Below are positions 33,901 to 43,819 of a DNA stretch of 64,000 nt, piece after piece (within the stretch, counting starts at the first letter, position 1; every line of letters starts with the position of its first letter). The stretch spans positions 1 to 64,000 of the forward strand of contig RQSC01000027.1 of the NCBI GenBank assembly GCA_013416795.1. The letters run 5' to 3'. Below the pieces are notes generated by a model. That model saw nothing but the letters and a program-made list of their open reading frames with translations. It did not search any database and had not been told where the DNA came from. Source of the stretch: Prasinococcaceae sp. CCMP 1430. Lineage: Eukaryota; Plantae; Prasinodermophyta. Position numbers and translations under genes: made by a program.

Positions 33901-35905
33901 GACGTCGCAACGCCGGACCTTGCACAGTGACCGCGGCCAAGGGCGCATTCCCGAAGGCTACCACGTGCGGTGCGGACGCCGCAGTCTCGCCGATGCAATT
34001 CTCGACCGTCACAGTTATCGAGTACTCGAAGTCTACGACTGCCTCGAAGCGGGTCACGTTGCCATCGAGGTACAGCACAGGGCCCTCGCTGAGGCCGATG
34101 CGTGAGACAAATGTGCCGATCGGAGGCATCTGCGTCCCAGTAGATGGATCAACAATACGCACCACTTCCCACCTGTACTTGGTTTCACCGAGCGCCCATC
34201 CTGGATCGCTCGCAGACGCGTCGAGTGACATGGGCGAACACGCCCCAAACAGAGACGCACCCGCGATGCGCGCCTCGAGGGCAGGGCCGACGCGTGGCAA
34301 AGCGAGCTCGACTGCGCCGTCAAAGTATAGCAAGTCCGAAGAGAAGAGCTCCTCGACGAAGACAAGAGAAAATCTCGAGTCGCCATCACGCACGCGCTCG
34401 CACACGCTGTTGCTGGAGCCGTCGCTATACCCCGGGGTGCCAAGCTGCACGGCGAGTTCGTGTTCTGATCGCCGATAGCATGCCGCCCCCGTGCCCAAGA
34501 GGTCCGTCACTGTCGCCGGGGCAAACACGTCCTCGCACACGAAATTCTCGGACGCAAACACGTCAGGAGAGTCGCTGAAGGATACGACGATTTCCGCGCG
34601 TTGCGCGTCCAGATGCGCCTCTGCGTCTACCACGCGAGGCTGGATCGTAACCCGGAAAGACGCTGGCGAGGCGTCGGTTTGGCCACGAGCACTCGACCGC
34701 GCCTGAACTACCATATCTCCCAGCCCGCTCACCGGGACCTCGAAGACTGACTGGCCGGTCGGAAGAGCTACCCAAGGGGCCGAATCGATGCGATACTCGA
34801 AAGTCGCCTCGTGGTCGATCGTGGAAGTCCCCTTGAGCACGGCCCCAGCCTCGAATTTGAGCATCCAGGTGGTTGGCAGGCCGATCCGCTTGGGAGGTTT
34901 GTATACGAAGTACGTATCGGGTGGCAGCGGGTCGCCACAAGAGGAGCGCGGGTCACCCGGATAACCCCACGGGCAATCGCCACACTCGATGACGCTCGCG
35001 CTGACATCCCCGGCGAGGTAGTCCATGGGATACGTGAAGTACGCGGGAAGCGTGAAAGCTGCGCCCCCGACTGCGCAAGTATCTGTCAGCCACTCGGCCG
35101 TGAGTGGACAATTGCCGTGCCACGCGGCACCTTCGTAGCTCGCGCAGTGCCTGAAGTATGGTTCGAGAGTGTCCCAGGTTGCCATCCAGCACGTGCAGTC
35201 AGACACGTTTTCAGCCGACCCACACTCCTCTTCTTGGCTGAGCGCCAGACGGGCGTCCGTGTGGTTGCACCCGGGGGCCGCGAGAATGGCAGCTACGTGC
35301 GCGCTCCGCAAGGCGCTACACCGCGCATCTAGCGTGGTCTCCACGATGTCACATGTGACCTCAACGGCACACCCTCCATTGGTGTCTTCGCAGGAGCCAA
35401 ACATGGCCTCTGCTGTCAACGGGGGCGGCGACGGTGGCATCGGCGGGGGCAGTGGGGGGTGCGGCGGAGGGACAAGGATCGGCTCCGGGGGCGGGGTCAT
35501 CCACGGGTGAGGGGCCGGTGGCGGCCCCGATGCGTGCACCGGCGGTGGCCCGTGCGCACCATACGCGCCCTGCTCGTCGCCTCCATAAGAGCCGTACGAT
35601 GCCGGCGGCAGCATGGAGGGAGGCGGCAAAAACTCGCTGAACTCATCCTCGAATGGCGGCGGGACGTAGAAGGCCAGACCAGGGAGCGGGGGCGCGGACC
35701 CGTCGCCACCATCGCCGCAGCGCTGCGCGCTACCACCGTCGCCGTAGCCGTAGGCGTTGCCGAGCGCATCGCAGCCGTACCCCCCGGGGGGCGGCGGGAG
35801 CTCAGCTCGCGCGGGCGTTGCAGCGAGCGCCGCCGCCGCCGTCGCACAGACAAGCGCCACAGCTCGCGCGGCTACGGGGGTCCCCGCGGCGGGTCCACTC
35901 ACCAT
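30929..35905 (-). CDS. 1658-aa intronless type-I membrane protein: signal peptide, Pro-rich HRGP-like region, Cys-rich and Ig/PKD-like segments, REJ (polycystin-1/egg-jelly receptor) domain, one C-terminal TM
   Basis: REJ-type blocks GASLFGACSPMSLDASASDPG..YRWEV, IVLDASKCADPD..WSC and PHGGNIKG..YASGWIDG..LTYEFG. TM YWYALGGIGAFFSLLGVCCLLFG is followed by KRR and a short tail. Confidence 0.7.
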   Translation of the reverse strand: MVSGPAAGTPVAARAVALVCATAAAALAATPARAELPPPPGGYGCDALGNAYGYGDGGSAQRCGDGGDGSAPPLPGLAFYVPPPFEDEFSEFLPPPSMLPPASYGSYGGDEQGAYGAHGPPPVHASGPPPAPHPWMTPPPEPILVPPPHPPLPPPMPPSPPPLTAEAMFGSCEDTNGGCAVEVTCDIVETTLDARCSALRSAHVAAILAAPGCNHTDARLALSQEEECGSAENVSDCTCWMATWDTLEPYFRHCASYEGAAWHGNCPLTAEWLTDTCAVGGAAFTLPAYFTYPMDYLAGDVSASVIECGDCPWGYPGDPRSSCGDPLPPDTYFVYKPPKRIGLPTTWMLKFEAGAVLKGTSTIDHEATFEYRIDSAPWVALPTGQSVFEVPVSGLGDMVVQARSSARGQTDASPASFRVTIQPRVVDAEAHLDAQRAEIVVSFSDSPDVFASENFVCEDVFAPATVTDLLGTGAACYRRSEHELAVQLGTPGYSDGSSNSVCERVRDGDSRFSLVFVEELFSSDLLYFDGAVELALPRVGPALEARIAGASLFGACSPMSLDASASDPGWALGETKYRWEVVRIVDPSTGTQMPPIGTFVSRIGLSEGPVLYLDGNVTRFEAVVDFEYSITVTVENCIGETAASAPHVVAFGNAPLAAVTVQGPALRRHMAAQPLRLASTVAFPAVICRQSVDVADPVATHGDGALEYAWRVIDGDVPCIERDKVPMDARDLVLPARCLNVGSTYVFGVTTTYLGTRSYEATVEVAAESSPAEAFLTGGTYRRVGSSGVIVLDASKCADPDSPNVPVSSVVWSCRTVSEPGDHTTTYDTDCDPSVAEALATSTTAVLELPPQTVSVPPEFTNGRRFRIRADVTVGEKTAVAFQTLEVVEGLAVEVNISVAESLSRAGDELIFDSAQRQVVTAAASVEGSADVGPFSWSAPGGGFGRALMSGHSHAFIGGAGDSQLQVLAGFLSPGALYTLQAVADAPEHERGLARVTILASGLPHGGNIKGALSTGGVLDRAHTSAALTTEVALYASGWIDGAGSPEGLTYEFGVLDIGRRRIPLTGPWGTIGGSVQSALAPVAATGADGLAIAYVDVDDAHGVGATSEVDLAFVTSPSDVIGAAEAVLAAAESTFDAVELARAGGLACATLNSALDGSADRRAAVRKRAIAAARDALSNGGSRSGGDALAAGRALRWTTRMASVAFAYAPDVNAEAAFEGVELIGDALSDAIDAGTRVSVADMRELVAGLGHVVEAIATSPHVGGVRSHDSTAASARAAELYVVPSPSTSGSSNVPPPTAASASTMPPPLAARRLLQAPPPPPPSAEALAIITIQDAMRNARGVASALLQIMVDGDGAVGGPLSHVSDGEVLSLAVKRLSQATWPVAGEAAELPLGSKWHLPPASAVSVAAGEDALVVAAFTEHSPSVLRSPVLCSQGRCLAGVAVTMATSMSLSTPVAVAAHSQGDGGTGYSVTLPVKHTRQLSATECVTCAALLSFGPDDSGVDDGAAGFYYDLMHTEDDMLYGVFGEVTCAQPEMTAAVDTASGTTSYIGEVMCTSVRAPASLDAGEALEVMAFLVQMPEAEEPPTISIEKVSTMQEYWYALGGIGAFFSLLGVCCLLFGKRRSQRYVLSDAELASGVQAGSSFFGSSGSSFFG

Positions 35906-36048
35906 TCTGCAACGGATCTCAGGACACGACAGCCACGCTGCGCCCCCCGGCGCGCTCCTCCGGGCGCCACGCCGCGGGATGCCGCGCTGCGCCTGCGCTC
36001 TCGCCGCCGGCGCCGCGGCCTGACGCCCCGCGGCGGCGTTCGAACGCG

Positions 36049-36269
36049 NNNNNNNNNNNNNNNNNNNNNNNNNNNNNNNNNNNNNNNNNNNNNNNNNNNN
36101 NNNNNNNNNNNNNNNNNNNNNNNNNNNNNNNNNNNNNNNNNNNNNNNNNNNNNNNNNNNNNNNNNNNNNNNNNNNNNNNNNNNNNNNNNNNNNNNNNNNN
36201 NNNNNNNNNNNNNNNNNNNNNNNNNNNNNNNNNNNNNNNNNNNNNNNNNNNNNNNNNNNNNNNNNNNNN
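36049..36269. other. Assembly gap (N run)
   Basis: 221 N. Confidence 1.
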
Positions 36270-36295
36270 CGTGGGCGCGGGCGTGGGTGGAGGCG

Positions 36296-36883
36296 ATGGC
36301 GCGGGGGGGCGCTGGCTTCGCGCGGATGCTGCGAGCGACGGCCATGGCGATGGCGTTCGTGGGCGCGGCCGCGCGCGCCGCCGCCGGCGAGCTGCACACA
36401 AACCTCGTCGACCCGCGCGCAGAAGGAGAGGACATGGATGCGCGACCCGAGGACGCGCCGCGGGGCGTGTGGGCCGATGTGGAGCTCGTCGAGCCGATGC
36501 GGTCGATCGACACCTACCTGCCGATGCAGTACCTCGTTGACTACATGGGCGAGCAGCCGCACGTGTTCTTCCGTGGCTGGGCGCAGGCCAAGCACGGCGT
36601 GCGGCCCGGGGAGACGCTCTTCACGCTGCCGCCTGATGCGTGGCCGGCGCGCGAGGAGCGCTTCCGGGTGGCGTTCAAGGGCACAAACAGGGAGCTCGTC
36701 GTTGGGACGGATGGCGTCGCCACTGCCACGCTGCCCCTCGATAGGTCACTGTGGATCCCACTCGCCGGCTTCAGCTACGCAGCGTACACTGGCGAGGACC
36801 GGCCAAGCGGCGGTGGCGCTGCGATCGGGGGCGGCACTGCAGGGCAGGATCAGGAGCCAGCGGGTGACCGAGCCGAACTATAG
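36296..36883 (+). CDS. 195-aa signal-peptide protein ending in RAEL (ER-retention-like), core resembling phage tail-fibre/receptor-binding head domains
   Basis: Signal MLRATAMAMAFVGAAARAAAG; pattern W..VEL..P.Y..HVFFRG..GETLFTLPPDAWP..RFRV..VGTDGV..WIPLAGFSY; TGTAA at 36911. Confidence 0.65.
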   Translation: MARGGAGFARMLRATAMAMAFVGAAARAAAGELHTNLVDPRAEGEDMDARPEDAPRGVWADVELVEPMRSIDTYLPMQYLVDYMGEQPHVFFRGWAQAKHGVRPGETLFTLPPDAWPAREERFRVAFKGTNRELVVGTDGVATATLPLDRSLWIPLAGFSYAAYTGEDRPSGGGAAIGGGTAGQDQEPAGDRAEL

Positions 36884-37110
36884 CGAGCGGCCCGAGGGTA
36901 CAGAACGCCTTGTAATCACTCGCATCTCGACGCATGTACGCGCCAGGCTAGCACGCGCCCCTCGCAGCGAGGCATTCCGCATTGCTAGCTTCGCGCCGAT
37001 CAATGGCGGCAGCAGTAGCCACCGCCGAGCTCTCGCGCAGTCCGCGGCGCGGAGACTTTCGTAGTCTGTGAGGTGGTGCTATGGAAAAGAGACTACAAAG
37101 CGCGCGAGGC

Positions 37111-37708
37111 TTAGGCCTCAGCGGGCGCCTCAGCCTCGCCCTCTGGCGCGCCCTCCGGCGCGCCCTCTGCCGCGCCCTCTGCCGCGCCCGAGGCGGCGGC
37201 CTCGGCCTCGGCGGCCTTGGCCTTAAGCTCAGCGACCTCAGCCTTGACTGCAGCAAGCTCCTCCTCCAGAGCGGCTTTCTCCGCCTTGAGCGCCTCGAAC
37301 TCCTCTGGGGTCGGCACACCAAGGTGGCTTTTCAAGAAGCTGCACAGCCCGAGTCCGGCGCGCGAGTGAGCGAGTGTACCGGTGTTTTTTTGGGGGGGGG
37401 AGTGGAAAGCGGCGGGGGGGGGGCACGACACGACACGAGCGAGCGGAGGACGGGCGAGGTCAGCACTCGCCATCACCGCACGGGTGCAAAATAAGGGAAG
37501 GGGTCCGGGAACGGGAACGGGGCGATGCACGGCTTCATGCGCATGGTGATGTGGCCGTCCGCGTCAGCTGCGCAACGCACTTGATGGCTTCCTTTGGCTT
37601 GTCCGGTTCCTCATACAGCGATACCAGCACCTTGGTGAGCGTGTCGATCACGCCCGCCCTCTCGAGGTACTGGCGGAACGCCTCCTTCTTCGAGTCCGTC
37701 ACCGCCGC
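37111..37708 (-). CDS. MYCBP: MYCBP/AMY-1 (FAP174) homologue; exons 37708-37581, 37339-37111; first exon not found (may be in or near the gap)
   Basis: DSKKEAFRQYLERAGVIDTLTKVLVSLYEEPDKPKEAI(N)FLKSHLG followed by a coiled coil; phase-2 GT-AG intron 37580-37340. Confidence 0.88.
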
Positions 37709-38004
37709 CTGCGTGCCGCGGGGAGGGGAGGACACGACAGCCGTTCCGCGCGGTCAGCGCATGCCCGCATACACAGTTGGGGGTGCGCGGGCCGTGCGGG
37801 TGAATGCTCAGGAGGTGTGCGTGTGCGTGTGCGTGTTCGTGTGCGTGTGTGTGTGGAGGGAGTCACAGGGGTTGGAGTGCTCGCTCCGAGAGGGATGATT
37901 GGAAGCGCTTCGGCGTTTCGCGTCCATTCGCGCCCGAGGCTCCCCCCCCCTTCGCGGCTCGACGCGCGGCGCAGCGCGCGCCGACGCGCCGTCGCGCGCC
38001 CGCG

Positions 38005-38262
38005 NNNNNNNNNNNNNNNNNNNNNNNNNNNNNNNNNNNNNNNNNNNNNNNNNNNNNNNNNNNNNNNNNNNNNNNNNNNNNNNNNNNNNNNNNNNNNNNN
38101 NNNNNNNNNNNNNNNNNNNNNNNNNNNNNNNNNNNNNNNNNNNNNNNNNNNNNNNNNNNNNNNNNNNNNNNNNNNNNNNNNNNNNNNNNNNNNNNNNNNN
38201 NNNNNNNNNNNNNNNNNNNNNNNNNNNNNNNNNNNNNNNNNNNNNNNNNNNNNNNNNNNNNN
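38005..38262. other. Assembly gap (N run)
   Basis: 258 N. Confidence 1.
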
Positions 38263-38680
38263 TCGTGAGCGGGGCGCGCGAAGCCGGGCCGCGCGGGGCG
38301 GCAACAGCGGCGGCGGATCCGGCCGCAGCAGGCGCGCGCTCGGTCGGTCGCCCGGGCAGCGGGGGCGTTTCTGAGTGAGGGGTTGCTGAGGTCGGAAACT
38401 GGGGGCGCGCCCCATGCGGGGCCACGCTGCGCCAGGCATCGCCGCAGGGGTGTAGAGCCAATCAGCGCCGGTGCAGGAAGCTCCCGCGCTGGCACACGCG
38501 CTGCAGGCGGCGCGGCGCACGTAGGCGTCGCAGCAGCGCGGGCAGCGGCTTAGCCGGGCGGTAGGCGCGCGGCTGCACGCACGCACAGCGCTCAGCGCGG
38601 CACGTGTGTACGCCGTGTACGGTCGCGATAGCGCACTGGCCGAGCATTGGACCCCTGGGGTCGCACGCGCGGCTGCAGCT

Positions 38681-39795
38681 ATGGGGGCAGGGCGCGAGGG
38701 CGACCCAGACGCGCCCGCAGAGGTCGTAGACGGAGAGGGCGAGGCCGCGGAGGAGCCGGAGGGTACGGAGGAGGCCCCGGTTGCCGAGGAGACTATGACA
38801 GTGGCGTCGGCGGCTGCCGCCGCATTTGAGGCGGGGGACGATGCCCAGGCCGTTGCGGCCGCCACCGCACATATTGCTGCTGCGCTCGAGGTTGAGGAGT
38901 GGGCGAAGGACGAGCGCGGTGCGGTGGCAGTGGATCACATCTTGTATGCGGTCGGCTTCGCGCGCGACCTCGCGCTCGAGTGCGCTCACGCGGTCTTCCT
39001 TGCGGAGCTCGCTGCGGAGCTGCTGAAGCACGTACGCGCAGGCGGTGGCGAGGGCGAGGCGGTCGCGCACTTCAAGTCACGCGTCGCGGCCAACGCCGCC
39101 GCGCGACCCGCGCGCGCTGACACACTGCCCGCAGGAGCTCTTCGCGCTGTGGCCGACTTTTTCGTGCGCGGTTTTTTCGCGCACTACCGGCTGCATGCCT
39201 TCCTGTACTCGCGCGAACGCGAGCTCGACGAGAAGACTGTCGTGCGCCACGTCGAGCGCGCCATGATTCCGCCAGCACCGCCGCTGGCATCTGCGCGCAC
39301 CGACGCTGAGTGGGAGGAGCACCTCGAGGCCGAGCGCGCGCGCGCTGAGGCAGCAGCCGCGGCGGCTGAGGCCGAGGCGCGAGCGGCTGCGGAGCGCGAG
39401 AGGTTGGCAGGGCGCACCGAGGAGGAGGTTGTCATGGAGAAGTTTGACCTCAAGAAAAAGGTACAATGGCATGAATGCAGGCGCGCTCACCGTGCGCGCT
39501 CGCCGTGGCACAGCCTTCCCCCTCCCTATTGCTTCCTGCGCGTGTGGTCCTGACGACCGCTGCTCCGTTTCTCATCCGCGCGTCGAGCCGCTGACGAGTG
39601 CGCGTGCGCGCTCGTCCCTCGTGCGCGCCCACGCAGCCCGAGACATTGGAGGAGGCGGTGGAGTACGAGGTGACGAGGCGTTTGGCCGCTGCCAAGGAAG
39701 CGATGGACGCTGACTACGAGGCGCGCAAGAACGAGCTCGCCCTCAAAATCGCCGCGCTCGAGGAGAAGCTCGGCGCCGAGGAAGCCGCGGCATAG
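38681..39795 (+). CDS. CLAMP-family / CFAP119 (CCDC189)-like flagellar protein; exons 38681-39460, 39637-39795
   Basis: AVDHILYAVGFARD..LRAVADFFVRGFFAHYRLHAFLYSRERE resembles the CLAMP core; C-terminal coiled coil; phase-0 intron 39461-39636. Confidence 0.6.
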
Positions 39796-40006
39796 CGAGC
39801 GTGTGGAGCGCGCGCGCACAGCGCTCACCCGTAACATATCAGAAACTTGTAGGCATAGTCAGATCCCCCACGCCTCGCAATGCGTCCACCTTCGCACACG
39901 AGCCAACGCATGAACACAGCGATAGAGAAAGCAGTGTGATACAGATTGTACAATGGAGCAGATTTGTGGTGAGATCGCGCATGCGTCTCTGGTGCATCGC
40001 CGCCAC

Positions 40007-42370
40007 TCAGCCCTCATCCTCAGTGGGTACGGGCTTTCCCATCGCCACGAGGTCGCTCACCGCGCGCGCACGCCTTTGTTCGAACGTGCGACGCTCCCTC
40101 GCGTCGCTAGCTTCGAGTGTGTCGAGCGGCGCGGCGCGTAGCCAGCGCCCCGCGGCGGTCCATAGGGTGCGCATCGCCCCCGCGTAGCGCTCGCCGTCGC
40201 ACGCGCCAGCGTCGATGGCCGCGTGCGTGACGGCGTTGGCGGCAATCGCGAGGTTCCGAACGTACTCAGGCGGGAGGCTGGGATGAGCTGCGTCCAGGGC
40301 CATGTAGGCATCGAGCGCCGCGAGCGCTGCCTCGGGCTGCCTCGCGGGGTCATTCGCAAGAGCGTACATCAGATGGCTGTAGCCGAGTTTCTGCCATATA
40401 GTGAAGCGGTCTTCCGCGCACACGCGCTCCCAACGCGTGGTGTCCCACCGCCGCAAGCCGGCGGCCGCATCCTCAAGCGATGGCATGTACTGCGGAGCTT
40501 CCAGGGCCCACCGTCCGTATTCGGCGCGTGCCATGAATCCCTGCTGCGCGGGGATGGCCATCTCGACCATACCCCACAATACGAGCGAGTAGGCATCGTT
40601 GGTCGACGGATCCTGCTCATTCCAGCCACCTGCAATGAATATGGGGTCGTCTAGCACGGACTGGCCTTCGCGACCACCTCTGGAGAGCTGCGCCGCATAG
40701 TTAGCGTCGATGAGCTCCTTCATTGAGAATCCCTTCGGCTCGTATGGATGGTAGTATTCGTTAGGCCACATCCACCTGTCGAGGTTGCCCTTCTGCGTGC
40801 GCAGAAACCACGGGTACGTAAGCATTGCCTGGTCTACCATCTGCACATCGGCGCGATAACCCTCGCACACTTGCAGGTAGCGCATGCCGTTAGTGATGAG
40901 ATCTCCTTTCACTATCACCCGCGCACCGGACGGCAGCGGCGTCAGCACGTCTCGGGCGTACTCCACTATGGCGTCGTTGGAAGACTCATCCATCGACGGC
41001 CACAGCGACACGCAGCGGTACGCGGCCGACGACAAAGCCAGGCCCATCGCGACTAGTGCGGGAAATCGCCGCTGCGGCTCCGAGTCTTCCCGCTTGGCAT
41101 ACGACGTCGCCCAGCCGAGGGCGGCGCGTGCCCCCACTCCGGCGGACAGCGCGAGTACGACGTGCGACTGCATCCAGAAGCGCTGCAGCACCCCAAAGTG
41201 CAGCGGTTGCTGGATCGGCAAGTTGGCCAGGCAATGGAAGCCCACAGTATACAACACGAAGCACCCGAGCGCCACGCGTAGCGCCGTCACGCCGCTGCGG
41301 CCTACACCACCGCCGTCGCCACCGGCCGGCACCGCCCCCGAGCACGCCGCGGCGACGCCGCACAGAAGCAGCAGTACTCCCGGCGGACTGAGCGCATGCA
41401 CCGCGCCAGCCGTGTAGTGCGAGAGTCCCGCCACCACATCGACCTCTTCAGCGCCCGCGCCCGAGTACAAGCGCAAGGACCCGTACTCTGCGCGCGTGAG
41501 GTGCCGCCACAGGCCCTCGGCAGTAGTGAGCTCTCCCCAGTTGCCCGGAAGCCTGCGCGCGGACGCCCATGGCAGGTAGGCGTACGGCAGGAGGCCGAGC
41601 ACTCCCAGCCCCGCGGCGCCAGCGAGGTCGTCCACGTGCCCCACCCACACGCGCCTGTACCTGCAGAGCACCACCCAGGCGACGACCGGCGCTGCGTAGA
41701 AGAGGGCAGTGTGCTGGTTGCTCAGCGCGAGCCCAACGAGGAGTGCGCCAGCCTGCCCCCGCCGTCGCGCGGCATGGTGATGGCCGATTGCGACAGCGCC
41801 CTCGAAGCGCACGAGCACGTACAGCGCAGCCGCCAGAAGAGCGTTGTTCAGTGCGAAAACCTCCGACAGGATGGCGTATTGCCATACGAGCGGCGCAAGG
41901 CCAAACGCGGCGGCAGCAGCGATGCCAGCGAGCGCGCTGCCACCGGCAGCAGCGTCGGCAGCGAGGCACAGAGCACCATTCGCTGCAGCGGCGCACGCGG
42001 CCGAGGCGAGGTTGGCACCGAAGGCGGGCGATCCTGCGCCCAGCCATCGCACGGCGCTCACGCCCATCCCTGCAATCATCGTGAAGAGGGGGTATCCCGG
42101 AGGGTGCACTGCGCCGAGTTGGCACGCGGCGAACGCCAGCTCGGTTGCGTCGCCGCCGCCGATGGTGCGGAACGCTGTTCGAAAGTACACGGCGCCGCTG
42201 ACGACAGCTACGGTCGCCGCCAGCAGCACTGACCCCGCGGCGTCATCACCGGAGTCGCCATCGACGGCAGACCCACGGCGAAGCCCACCACCACCGCCTG
42301 TCCCATGCACTCGCGTCTGCCGCTGCTGCCTCTGCCTGCTGGCGCCGCTCACCGCTCGTCGCCTCGCCAT
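40007..42370 (-). CDS. TMEM260: TMEM260 / DUF2723 GT-C protein O-mannosyltransferase homologue, 787 aa
   Basis: TIGGGDATEL..AVHPPGYPLFT, LSNQHT, HLTRAEYGS, LANLP..RFWMQS, VKGDLITNGMRYLQVCEGYRADVQMVDQAMLTYPWF; multiple TMs and a helical C-terminus. Confidence 0.85.
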   Translation of the reverse strand: MARRRAVSGASRQRQQRQTRVHGTGGGGGLRRGSAVDGDSGDDAAGSVLLAATVAVVSGAVYFRTAFRTIGGGDATELAFAACQLGAVHPPGYPLFTMIAGMGVSAVRWLGAGSPAFGANLASAACAAAANGALCLAADAAAGGSALAGIAAAAAFGLAPLVWQYAILSEVFALNNALLAAALYVLVRFEGAVAIGHHHAARRRGQAGALLVGLALSNQHTALFYAAPVVAWVVLCRYRRVWVGHVDDLAGAAGLGVLGLLPYAYLPWASARRLPGNWGELTTAEGLWRHLTRAEYGSLRLYSGAGAEEVDVVAGLSHYTAGAVHALSPPGVLLLLCGVAAACSGAVPAGGDGGGVGRSGVTALRVALGCFVLYTVGFHCLANLPIQQPLHFGVLQRFWMQSHVVLALSAGVGARAALGWATSYAKREDSEPQRRFPALVAMGLALSSAAYRCVSLWPSMDESSNDAIVEYARDVLTPLPSGARVIVKGDLITNGMRYLQVCEGYRADVQMVDQAMLTYPWFLRTQKGNLDRWMWPNEYYHPYEPKGFSMKELIDANYAAQLSRGGREGQSVLDDPIFIAGGWNEQDPSTNDAYSLVLWGMVEMAIPAQQGFMARAEYGRWALEAPQYMPSLEDAAAGLRRWDTTRWERVCAEDRFTIWQKLGYSHLMYALANDPARQPEAALAALDAYMALDAAHPSLPPEYVRNLAIAANAVTHAAIDAGACDGERYAGAMRTLWTAAGRWLRAAPLDTLEASDARERRTFEQRRARAVSDLVAMGKPVPTEDEG

Positions 42371-42604
42371 CGCGACCCCTTCTCACCGGCGGCTGGCGCA
42401 CCGCGACGGCCACCGCGCGCCTACAACCCCTCCTAGTACCCACCCCCACCCCCAGCTCCAACTGCCACCGCCGCCACCTTGCCGCGCTGTCCCTGCCCGC
42501 TGTCCTGCGCACTCTGTGTGGCGGCGCGCGCGAGCGGAGGCCAATGTGCGCGCGGCGAGCGCGGGGCTCGCAGGGCACCGAGCGCGGGCCGCGCAAGAGC
42601 GGCG

Positions 42605-43655
42605 ATGGCGTCGGCAGCGCGGCTCTGCTGTGGTCGCAGCGCGGTGGTCGCGGGATCGGCGCTGGCGCGCCGGCGAGGCGCGCGCTGGGGGCGCAGGGCA
42701 GCGCCCCGCGCGAGTAGTGTGGGGCAGGAAGGACGGGTCCAGCGGCGCACGCAGGGCGCCTCAACGCGCGGCGGCGACGGGATGGACAGACGCGGCACTC
42801 TCGCGTCCGCTGCTGCCGCGGCTGTAGCGTTCATGCTCCTCCCAGGGGAGGCCGCGCGCGCGGTGTCAAGTGCTGGCGACGGCGGCACACTGGTCTCGAG
42901 CGCCAGCGGGCATCTCGCATTGGTCGTCCCAGATGCGTTTCTGGTGGCTGCGAACCGCCCGGTGGCGGACGTGGTGAAGGCGCAGACTCTGGTCATCGCC
43001 ACTGACCTTGGGAGGCGAGCCGTCATCTCAGTGCGCCAGGAGCCGCTACCTGTCGCGCTGCGCGAGCTGCTCGAACGCACGACGTCGCCAACGCCCGAGC
43101 AGGCGGCACGTGCGCTCACCGCGCCGCTCGCGGACGCCGTTGCGATGGGCGAGGCAAAGGCAGCCGTAGGGGGTGTCATCAACGGCGAGACGGGGACAGT
43201 TGGCTTCGAGCTCGGGGATGTAGATGCGGACGTCAGGGGAGGAGGCGATGGGCTGGATGCGGCACCCGTGCGGCCGTTCTTCTCCTACGAGTACACGGCG
43301 GAGGTGTGCCGTGGCAAGATAGGGGCGGAGGTGCGAAGCGCGTCCGCACGCGACGCGGTGCATGCAAGCGCCGCTGGGGCTGGCGAGGCCGCGCACACGC
43401 ATGCCGCTGAATCCACGCGCTCTCCGCGCTGACGGCGCGCGCGCGCGCGCACAGGGCCTCGGCGGCAAGCTCTCCTGCGATGCTCCGAACGGTGGGGGGC
43501 CTCTCGCAACCGTGAGGAGGCGCAATCGCTGTGTGAGCGCTCTCCGACGGGGCATGGTGCTCACCCTGCGCGTGTCAGCCGAAGACGCCATGTGGGACGA
43601 CGCACTCCAGCACGAGGCACAGCTCGCGCTCGACAGCTTCATGCTCACCGACTGA
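42605..43655 (+). CDS. Thylakoid-lumen PsbP-domain-like protein with bipartite Tat targeting; exons 42605-43330, 43455-43655
   Basis: Arg-rich transit peptide, twin-Arg DRRG, hydrophobic stretch and AARA cleavage site. FFSYEYTAEVCRG..CDAP..TVRRRN..VLTLRVSA..W..ALDSF resembles a PsbP fold. Confidence 0.55.
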
Positions 43656-43819
43656 GGAACGAGAGCGCGCCGAACATGCCGTCGCTCGCACTTCGCATGC
43701 ATACCGCGCGCTCTGCGCTCTGTACCGACATCGGATGGCCCCTGAACATACTACTGTACTTACTGGCGCCTCTACGCACGCGTGGTGCGAGTGCGCTGCG
43801 GCTCTCTGCCTTGCTAGCG

